From the IMG/VR virus record IMGVR_UViG_3300048599_000293, positions 1 through 32,793 of that record: a DNA stretch of 32,793 nt. One strand, written 5' to 3'. Below, piece by piece: positions 26,050 to 32,793 of this stretch. Position 1 is the first letter of the stretch, and each line of letters begins with the position of its first letter. The notes below the pieces were generated by a model. The model did no database searches, was not told the origin of the DNA, and saw nothing but the letters and a program-made list of their open reading frames with translations. The stretch comes from a virus. Lineage: Duplodnaviria; Caudoviricetes. The translations under genes were made by a program, and so were the position numbers.

Positions 26050-26964
26050 GTGGTCCAGCAGATCCGCATCAAGCTGTCCGGCGACCAGCAGTCGGGCAGC
26101 GATCTTCTGTTGCTGTCCGGCGACCAGCAGTCGGGCGCGGATCATGAGACGGTAACTTATCGGCTTGCGGCTGGCAGCCTGGTGGCTGGCGGCTCGCAAC
26201 TCGCCGGCGCGGCGAATGCCGTCGTCAGGGCTGTTGGCGTTCTTCTTTCAGAATCCGGCGACGTCGAAGGGTTCGCGAGCCTTTCGGACCAAATTATCTT
26301 CTTTGGCGCGATGAACAGTGCCCCGGCGCTTGTCGAGGGCGTCGGAAAGCCGCAGATCTGCGCCGTCGGCGCGCTCTCCGCGGCGGATGCCTCAGTCGAG
26401 GCCGATGTTGGTGTCCTGATCGGCGCCGCCGGCGCGCTTCAGGCCGAACCGGCACTATTGGCCGCGACCCTCAAGGCGCTCGTTTCGGCTACCGGCGCGC
26501 TGGATGCGAGCCCGGCGAGCGTCGAAGCGATCGCTGCTGCGCTGATCAGGGCTTCCGGCGGGCTGCAGAGCGAGCCAGCCGGTCTCGATGCTGCGGCAAG
26601 GGTCGTGGTCTCGGCAAACGGCGAACTGCTTGCGCAAGCCGGAAGCGTCTGGGCGCTGACCCAGACCGCCGACCGGATTCAGGCTTTCGGCACCCTGCAT
26701 GCAGCCAACGCGGCCGTGATTGGTGTCGTCGCCGCCAAGATCGCGGCTTCTGGCGCTCTGCACGCGGCATCTCCACTGGTCGAAGCCGCCGCCAGCGCGA
26801 TCGTCAAGGCGATGGGCGACCTGCTCTCAGGCCCGGCCGCGGTCGATGCTGCCAGCAAGATCATCGTCACAGCGTCGGGCTCGCTTGAGACCGGCAACGC
26901 AACCATGACCGCGCACGTCGAAACCGAGGACGCGCGCCGCATGGTCATGGTCATTCTCTCGTAA
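26050..26964 (+). CDS. Ala-rich repeat protein (about 12 repeats of 21 aa), putative fibre
   Basis: Repeating A-x-G-x-L unit; duplicated LSGDQQSG at the N-terminus. Confidence 0.7.
   Translation: MVQQIRIKLSGDQQSGSDLLLLSGDQQSGADHETVTYRLAAGSLVAGGSQLAGAANAVVRAVGVLLSESGDVEGFASLSDQIIFFGAMNSAPALVEGVGKPQICAVGALSAADASVEADVGVLIGAAGALQAEPALLAATLKALVSATGALDASPASVEAIAAALIRASGGLQSEPAGLDAAARVVVSANGELLAQAGSVWALTQTADRIQAFGTLHAANAAVIGVVAAKIAASGALHAASPLVEAAASAIVKAMGDLLSGPAAVDAASKIIVTASGSLETGNATMTAHVETEDARRMVMVILS
26073..26136. repeat. 25-bp exact direct repeat, in frame, 39-bp period
   Basis: gctgtccggcgaccagcagtcgggc at 26073-26097 and 26112-26136. Confidence 0.9.
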
Positions 26965-26974
26965 GGGCGCCGCA

Positions 26975-28639
26975 ATGGCTGATTTGGAAATCTCAGGCCT
27001 CACCGACGGCGGTGCGGCGCAGGATGGTGATTTGGTTCATGCCGTCCGCGGCGTGAACTCGCGCAAGGTCGAGATGGGCGACGCTGCCGGCAAGAATGTC
27101 GGGACTGGAAGCGGACAGGTCGCGGCCGGAGATCACACGCACGCGCATTTCAGCGACACCGGCAATCCACACAGCGTCACCAAAACCCAGATAGGTCTTG
27201 GCAACGTCACGAACGACGCGCAGATCCCGCTTTCCTATCTCGATACCGATACGGCGCTGACCGCCAACAGCGACACCAAGGTCGCAACGCAGAAGGCCGC
27301 CAAGGCCTATTCGGATACGAAGATTCCGCTCTCGTATATCGACACGGACACCTCGCTCGCCGCGAACAGCGATTCGAAGATAGCCTCGCAAAAGGCGATC
27401 AAAGCCTATGTCGATGGCCTGCTGGCCGCCAACGACGCGATGGTGCTGAAAGGCGTCGTCGACTGCTCGTCGAATCCGAACTATCCGGCAGCGAGCGCTG
27501 GCCATGCCTATCGCGTCAGCGTGGCCGGCAAGATCGGTGGTGCCAGCGGGCCGAATGTCGAAGCCGGCGACTATCTGCTTTGCCTTTCTGACGGCACCAG
27601 CGCGGGCGATCACGCCACTGTCGGGTCGAGCTGGGGAATTATCCAGGTCAACATTGATGGCGCCGTCGTTGCGGCATCGAATTTCGGGACCGATAACCGA
27701 CTTCTTCGCTCGGACGGAACGGGAAGGGGCGTCCAAGCGAGCGGCATCACGGTTGATGACTCCAACAATATGTCGGGGGTCCTTTCCGCCACTCTCGGCG
27801 GCAGCTCCGCTCAATTTCCGACCGCGATCACTGTTAACCCATCCACTCACGCCACCTCAAGGCGTGCGGCTGTGGCACTCGACAACTGGTCGTGGAATCA
27901 GGACACGGCTGGCAACGGAACGAAGGATTTCGGCCTCTATAGCGCCGTTCTTGGTGTTTCCGTATTTACGTTTAATACAGCCGGCGCTGCGACGTTCGCG
28001 TATGCGGTCTCTCTCGGCATATCGAACGCATTCACCTGCGGCTCCGTTGAACTCGGCCACGCCACTCAGAATACGCTGACCGCCGCGAGCGGTGTCCTCT
28101 CTATCGAGGGCAAGCAGCTCTTGATGTCGGGCAAGCACACCATCGCCATGCCGGCGGGTGCCTGGAAGGCGAAGGCATCGGGTGGCGCGACCGCTGTTAC
28201 TTACCAGGATGTGCCGGGCTTTTCATTCAACGGCACGAGCGCGACCCGCGTGCGCTTTATCATCCCTATGCCGAAGGGGTGGGACGAAGGAACGATATCC
28301 TTCAAGGTCTACGGAGTTGTCGATACCGGCGGCTCTTCCGGCAACGTTGCGGTCTGGAAACTGGCTGCCAAGGCTTTCAGTCACGACGATGCGATCTGGA
28401 CGACGACCGATCTTTCAACCGGTGCCCAAGCCGCCAATATGTCGTGGACGGCAAATGACGATTTGCTGATCTCCGCCGAGAGCAGCGCCCTTACGATCGA
28501 CGGCACGCCCGCCGAGGGCGACCTGGTTCTGTTCGAGCTTTGGCGCGACCCGGCCGATGCGTCAGACAACAATACGGCCGACTTCATCGCGCTCGCCGTC
28601 CACATCTATTACTCAATCAACGCGGCCACCGATGCCTGA
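26975..28639 (+). CDS. Tail fibre protein
   Basis: NVGTGSGQVAAGDHTH and NPHSVTKTQIGLGNVTN fibre motifs; duplicated IPLSY.DTDT.L.ANSD.K.A.QKA.KAY.D unit. Confidence 0.8.
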   Translation: MADLEISGLTDGGAAQDGDLVHAVRGVNSRKVEMGDAAGKNVGTGSGQVAAGDHTHAHFSDTGNPHSVTKTQIGLGNVTNDAQIPLSYLDTDTALTANSDTKVATQKAAKAYSDTKIPLSYIDTDTSLAANSDSKIASQKAIKAYVDGLLAANDAMVLKGVVDCSSNPNYPAASAGHAYRVSVAGKIGGASGPNVEAGDYLLCLSDGTSAGDHATVGSSWGIIQVNIDGAVVAASNFGTDNRLLRSDGTGRGVQASGITVDDSNNMSGVLSATLGGSSAQFPTAITVNPSTHATSRRAAVALDNWSWNQDTAGNGTKDFGLYSAVLGVSVFTFNTAGAATFAYAVSLGISNAFTCGSVELGHATQNTLTAASGVLSIEGKQLLMSGKHTIAMPAGAWKAKASGGATAVTYQDVPGFSFNGTSATRVRFIIPMPKGWDEGTISFKVYGVVDTGGSSGNVAVWKLAAKAFSHDDAIWTTTDLSTGAQAANMSWTANDDLLISAESSALTIDGTPAEGDLVLFELWRDPADASDNNTADFIALAVHIYYSINAATDA

Positions 28640-28640
28640 C

Positions 28641-29057
28641 ATGATGCAATTTGCAGAGTTGCGGGACGCGACGTTCGCGCGGTTCGAGGTGCGCGAAGAC
28701 CGGCCTGCCGATATCCCGCACAAGGGGGTCACCTGGCATCCCGTGGTGAGCGAATACGGCTCGCCGTTCGAAGGGGTCGAGGGCGACAGCTACGTAATCC
28801 GCACCATCGATCCGGCGACATTGCCGCCGCCGATTCCGTCAGTCGTATCTGCCAGCGCCGCCCGCCGCGCGCTCTTGGCAGCGAACCTTTTGGATACGGT
28901 AGAGATCGCGATAGCTTCCGCTGATCGTCAAACACAAATCATGTGGGAGTACGAGACGCGGTTTCGTCGCGCCCATTCAAAGATTGTTGCGCTTGGCGCT
29001 TCATTGGGTCTCGACCTGGACGCCCTCTTTGTCGCGGCGGGTGAGCTCGATGTTTGA
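28641..29057 (+). CDS. Tail fibre-associated (assembly-like) protein
   Basis: Follows the fibre gene; C-terminal helical WEY...FRR...LGL.LDALFVAA module. Start could be 28632, 28641 or 28644. Confidence 0.6.
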   Translation: MMQFAELRDATFARFEVREDRPADIPHKGVTWHPVVSEYGSPFEGVEGDSYVIRTIDPATLPPPIPSVVSASAARRALLAANLLDTVEIAIASADRQTQIMWEYETRFRRAHSKIVALGASLGLDLDALFVAAGELDV

Positions 29058-29679
29058 TCTTGGCCCACCTCCGCAATTTCCTAGGCCGGCGATCATTCTG
29101 CCGCGACCGGCAGAAATCATTCGTCCGGGTGATCCGCGCTTTGTCGTGCCGAAACCTAAGCAGGGGATGTTTTCTCTCATTCACCTTGGCGGATTTGCAT
29201 CCATTGTCAGCGCTGATTTGCAGGTCGGCACGACAGGCACCTTTGGTGTCTCAGAGCTTGGTTCTTACCAGGTAAATACGGATAACCCGCACGGCGGTCT
29301 GAGGTGGACATCTCCAGCGTCCGGCTTCGTGGCGCAGGTCAAAGTCAAGGCCGTAGCTGTTTTCTCAGCGGGTTATTGGCAAGCGAGGCTATACACCAAC
29401 AATTCCGGCTCACCCGGAACACAGATCGGGTCCAGTAGCGGCGCGCAAACGGTCAACACCGATGGGGCGAACTATACGTTTGTGTTTGCCTCGCCGCCCT
29501 CGATCTCGAACGGCGTAACCTACTGGATGGTGATTACGCCAGCGAGCGGCAGCCCGGCCTTTGCGCTGTCTGCATGCGAGGATCAGCCCGCATATGGGTC
29601 TGGCTTGGCGGCTTCGATCACCTCCATCACTGCCTGGCTCGGCGGCGAGTTACGCATGGAAATTACTTACCTGTTCTAA
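29050..29679 (+). CDS. Putative receptor-binding / fibre tip protein with a beta-sandwich domain
   Basis: Pro-rich N-terminus, then lower-GC Ser/Thr/Gly-rich domain (RLYTNNSGSPGT...GVTYWMVI). Confidence 0.6.
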   Translation: MFDLGPPPQFPRPAIILPRPAEIIRPGDPRFVVPKPKQGMFSLIHLGGFASIVSADLQVGTTGTFGVSELGSYQVNTDNPHGGLRWTSPASGFVAQVKVKAVAVFSAGYWQARLYTNNSGSPGTQIGSSSGAQTVNTDGANYTFVFASPPSISNGVTYWMVITPASGSPAFALSACEDQPAYGSGLAASITSITAWLGGELRMEITYLF

Positions 29680-29715
29680 TTTCCCAGAGATCCACAACAA
29701 CTCAAGGACCCCCAT

Positions 29716-30201
29716 ATGAAACTGACAATCAACAAGGTGAACGCGCTTCTGCAGACGATTCTGCCGATGACGCTCGACGGCATGCGGCCCATGGTCGTGC
29801 CCGGCGGCAAGGCAGAGCTGCACGCTGCGGATCGCTTCGTGTTCCCGCTGAACATGAAAATCTGCGATGTCACGAACCGGAAGAACCTGAAGACGGCGTT
29901 CGAAGTTTTCGAGGTCGCGCGCGCTGATATCTCGGTGAGGCTCACCGGCAAGCCCGATATTCCGGCCGCCGATCACCCGGCGCATGAGGCCTGGCTGGCG
30001 GAAGTAAATGCGCTAGCCGATCAGCCGATCGACGTGAAGCTGCGTCCCTACAAGCTCTCGGAATTCAATTTCGAGGTGAACTCGTCTTATCCGTCGCGGT
30101 TCATTTCGATGCTCGATGACTACGGACTGATCAAGTTCGACGTCGAGCCCGTCGAGGACGCAGAAGAGCTGGCAGCGGCTCCCGTCGCAAAGGCCGCGTG
30201 A
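29716..30201 (+). CDS. Hypothetical protein
   Basis: AAGGA RBS; codon usage like the rest of the operon. Confidence 0.7.
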   Translation: MKLTINKVNALLQTILPMTLDGMRPMVVPGGKAELHAADRFVFPLNMKICDVTNRKNLKTAFEVFEVARADISVRLTGKPDIPAADHPAHEAWLAEVNALADQPIDVKLRPYKLSEFNFEVNSSYPSRFISMLDDYGLIKFDVEPVEDAEELAAAPVAKAA

Positions 30202-30542
30202 TGGCCGACGGGAAGCGCTGGCACAATTTTCGGATCGAGGTGTTTTGCGATGCCTCGGTCCCGCCGGCCGAGCATCGCATCGAGTTCTATCGGGGCTATG
30301 TGCCGTGTGATCCGTCTGGTAACCAGACCGGCGACGAATGCCAGAACACCGGGGTGATCCTGCGTCATCGGGCGGCGGAGATCATCGGGAAATCTTGGAA
30401 GACCAAGAGCGGAAAAGTTGTCACCGGAGCAGAGCTGCTGGAACTGCTTGAGGCGGCGGGCGACGATCTTCACAACGACAAAATTGAAGTCGAAGCCAAA
30501 ACGGCGAAAGAAGTCGAGGGTACTGTCAGCACTTCACTTTGA
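30201..30542 (+). CDS. Hypothetical protein
   Basis: TGATG coupling with the upstream gene. Confidence 0.65.
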   Translation: MADGKRWHNFRIEVFCDASVPPAEHRIEFYRGYVPCDPSGNQTGDECQNTGVILRHRAAEIIGKSWKTKSGKVVTGAELLELLEAAGDDLHNDKIEVEAKTAKEVEGTVSTSL

Positions 30543-30846
30543 TCGCGTAGGTGCGGGCCCGTCGGCCGATGAGGAAAGCTCCTGTGTCGATCACGTCCTC
30601 GCCAACTATGCGGCCTTTCGGGCATTGGTCGCGAAGCATCCTGGTGGCAATGCCTTCTCGTGTGGCCTTGTCGTCAGGGTCGTGCCCGAAATCGACAGTG
30701 TTCTTGACCGAGACGATATAGTCAGCGCCGGTCGTTTGCGATTTCTCGATGCGCACGTCACCGCTACGATCGAGCGCACGATCGTGGATATCGCCGCCAG
30801 CGCATCCGCCCAACAGCGACGCCGCCACGGTTAGCCAAAAACGCAC
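30526..30846 (-). CDS. Small lipoprotein on the opposite strand
   Basis: GTG 30846 with a G-rich RBS; MRFWLTVAASLLGG-C signal peptide and lipobox. Confidence 0.7.
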   Translation of the reverse strand: MRFWLTVAASLLGGCAGGDIHDRALDRSGDVRIEKSQTTGADYIVSVKNTVDFGHDPDDKATREGIATRMLRDQCPKGRIVGEDVIDTGAFLIGRRARTYAIKVKC

Positions 30847-30978
30847 CCTAGCCCCCCTATGCAACCGCAGCGCGAAACGTAATGCGCAGCGGCCGGCAAG
30901 GTCAATCGGCTTGTCAGGTCAAATCACACCGACGTTCGTGCGGAATTAGCCCGAACGCCCTACCCATCAGGAGCATCC

Positions 30979-32175
30979 ATGTTGCGTCTCGATCGCGCCG
31001 CGCTGAAGCGCGCGCTAGCGGATTCTGCGCTGTTCAGGCCCAAGCTGACGGCCTCGCAATGGGCCGGCATTCAGGCGCTCCTCGACGCATGGGAGGAGCT
31101 GGGCGACGACGACCCGAACAAGCTCGCCAACTCGCTGGCCCAGCCCTATCACGAGACCGGCCACACCATGCAGCCGGTCCGCGAGACCTTCGCCAAAAGC
31201 GATGCGCAGGCCATCGCCAATCTCGATCGAGCATGGAAGGCCGGTAAGCTCGGTCAGGTAAAGGCGCCGTATTGGCGCGATGGCTGGTTCGGCCGCGGCC
31301 TCATCCAGCTCACGCATGAGCCGAACTACATCAAGCTGGGCAAGCGTCTCGGCATCGACCTTGTGACAGATCCGTCGCGCGCGATGGACCTTGCGATCAG
31401 CGCCCGCATTGCCGTGGTCGGCATGTTCGAGGGGCTGTTCACCAGCAAGAAGCTCTCGGACTATTTCGGGCGCGGCAAGAACAATCCGACCGGCGCGCGC
31501 GCGATCGTCAACGGCAGGGACAAGGCGGCCCTCATTGCCGGCTATCACAAGGCGTTCCTGGCCGCGATCAAAGAGGCGATGGGCGGCGAGGAGACCGCGC
31601 CATCCCCGGCAAAGCCGCGGCCGAGAGTTGAGGCCGCCGAGGTCGTCACCCAGCAGGCGATCGACGACAAGGAAACGGTCGAGAAGGTCCAAGCCAATCT
31701 GCGCGCGCTCGGATACTTTGGCGTCGGGGTGCCGGACGGCGACGCCGGCGACATGACAAAGGACGCCATTCTGGCGTTCCGCCGGCGCAACGGATTGCCG
31801 CTTCGCGACACCATCGACGACGAGCTGTTGGCCGCGATCGCCAAGGCGAAGCCGAAAGAGGTGCCGAAAGCTCGAGCTGAGGCAACCGTCACCGACATCA
31901 AGGACAAGGCGCCGGCGGTGAAACCGACGCTCAGAATGCGCGCGCTCGGCTTCTGGGGCACGATCACCAGCGCCGTGGGCGGCATCGCGGCGGCCATCAG
32001 CGACTGGTTCGAAGACGTCTGGGAGAAGATGGAGCCGGTGCGCGACATCTTCGAGGCCGTGCCGGCCTATGCATGGTTCGGCATCGCGATCGGCGTTTGC
32101 CTGATCGTCTACCTCAACAGCCGATCGGCGGTGAAAGAGACCGAGGCCGCCTATCAGGAAGGCCGGGTGCTGTGA
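30979..32175 (+). CDS. Endolysin: GH19-like catalytic domain, peptidoglycan-binding domain and C-terminal hydrophobic helices
   Basis: HETG..MQPVRE, GRGLIQLTH..NY, ARAIVNG; VQANLRALGY...DGDAGDMTKDAILAFRRRNGL; two hydrophobic C-terminal segments. Confidence 0.88.
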   Translation: MLRLDRAALKRALADSALFRPKLTASQWAGIQALLDAWEELGDDDPNKLANSLAQPYHETGHTMQPVRETFAKSDAQAIANLDRAWKAGKLGQVKAPYWRDGWFGRGLIQLTHEPNYIKLGKRLGIDLVTDPSRAMDLAISARIAVVGMFEGLFTSKKLSDYFGRGKNNPTGARAIVNGRDKAALIAGYHKAFLAAIKEAMGGEETAPSPAKPRPRVEAAEVVTQQAIDDKETVEKVQANLRALGYFGVGVPDGDAGDMTKDAILAFRRRNGLPLRDTIDDELLAAIAKAKPKEVPKARAEATVTDIKDKAPAVKPTLRMRALGFWGTITSAVGGIAAAISDWFEDVWEKMEPVRDIFEAVPAYAWFGIAIGVCLIVYLNSRSAVKETEAAYQEGRVL

Positions 32176-32642
32176 TGGCGGGAATTCTCACCTTCATCGG
32201 ATGGCTCGTGTCGCACTGGTACATCGTGGCCGCACTGGCCGCGATCGCGTTTGCGGTCGCCTATTTCTTCATGGGCCGCGCGCTCATCGAGCTTCTTCGC
32301 GCCTTCGTGGAGTTCTTCAAGACGCCGGCCGGACAAATGATGGCGATCGCCTGTGTCATCGTATTGATGATCGCCACCGCATTCTCGACCGGCCGGAACT
32401 ACGAGCGCAAGCTGTGCGACGCCGAAGACCTGCGCGAGGAATTGAAGAATCTCAAGGCCGATATCGCCGCCAAAGAAAAGCAGATCAAGGACGGTGAAGC
32501 GGCTCAGGCGCGCGATGCGGCGCGCGCGTCGGAAGCTGAAAAAGAACTTTTGAAGCTCAGGAGTAAAGTTGATGCGACACCTGCGAATTCCCGTCCTTGT
32601 CTCGATCCTGATGCTGCTCGCCGCGTGTACGACATCAAATAG
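32175..32642 (+). CDS. Inner-membrane spanin (Rz-like)
   Basis: TGATG coupling to the endolysin; N-terminal hydrophobic segments, coiled coil and a C-terminal Cys (PCLDPD). Confidence 0.7.
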   Translation: MAGILTFIGWLVSHWYIVAALAAIAFAVAYFFMGRALIELLRAFVEFFKTPAGQMMAIACVIVLMIATAFSTGRNYERKLCDAEDLREELKNLKADIAAKEKQIKDGEAAQARDAARASEAEKELLKLRSKVDATPANSRPCLDPDAARRVYDIK

Positions 32643-32793
32643 CGACGTGCCGACCCTAGGGCAGACCGCAAGACTCGCAGGGTCGAACCACGTACCGCCG
32701 GTGCCGACAGATATCGACAATTGCTACCGCCGGCCGGTGCAGGGCGACCCTAACAAAGGCTTGGACGCTGGCCGCGAGGAGCGCGAGCGCAAG
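32572..32793 (+). CDS. Outer-membrane spanin lipoprotein (Rz1-like), truncated by the window end
   Basis: Not in the ORF track. AGGAG RBS, ATG 32572, MRHLRIPVLVSILMLLAA-C lipobox, Pro-rich VPPVP...C; overlaps the 3' end of the i-spanin. Confidence 0.8.
   Translation, partial: MRHLRIPVLVSILMLLAACTTSNSDVPTLGQTARLAGSNHVPPVPTDIDNCYRRPVQGDPNKGLDAGREERERK

Noticed and set aside
23700-29679. Diversity-generating retroelement or invertible fibre cassette
   Set aside because: No reverse transcriptase, invertase, template/variable repeat pair or flanking inverted repeats were seen in this window.

Overview
A GC-rich (roughly 60-65% by eye) stretch of a long-tailed (siphovirus-like) phage or prophage, probably with an alphaproteobacterial host (inferred from the GTA-like terminase, tape-measure C-terminus and endolysin architecture). 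It covers almost the whole late region on the + strand: cold-shock protein, a SAM-methyltransferase-like gene facing a radical SAM gene, terminase small and large subunits, portal, SPP1 gp7-like head protein, scaffold, major capsid, head-tail joining genes, tail tube, frameshifted tail chaperone, tape measure, tail tip, several fibre genes, and the lysis genes (GH19 endolysin, i-spanin, o-spanin cut by the window edge). Two things stand out. (1) A tightly coupled five-enzyme cassette (PLP enzyme, methyltransferase, radical SAM/SPASM with an atypical Cys motif, two GT29/sialyltransferase-fold proteins) sits inside the head operon and is a candidate virion glycosylation or modification pathway. 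(2) Nine C-GAAN-G stem-loops flank the scaffold gene, and an alternative 15-bp helix upstream of the major capsid gene is mutually exclusive with several of them, suggesting an RNA operator or switch for head protein synthesis. All family calls come from motif recognition and gene order; no database searches were run.
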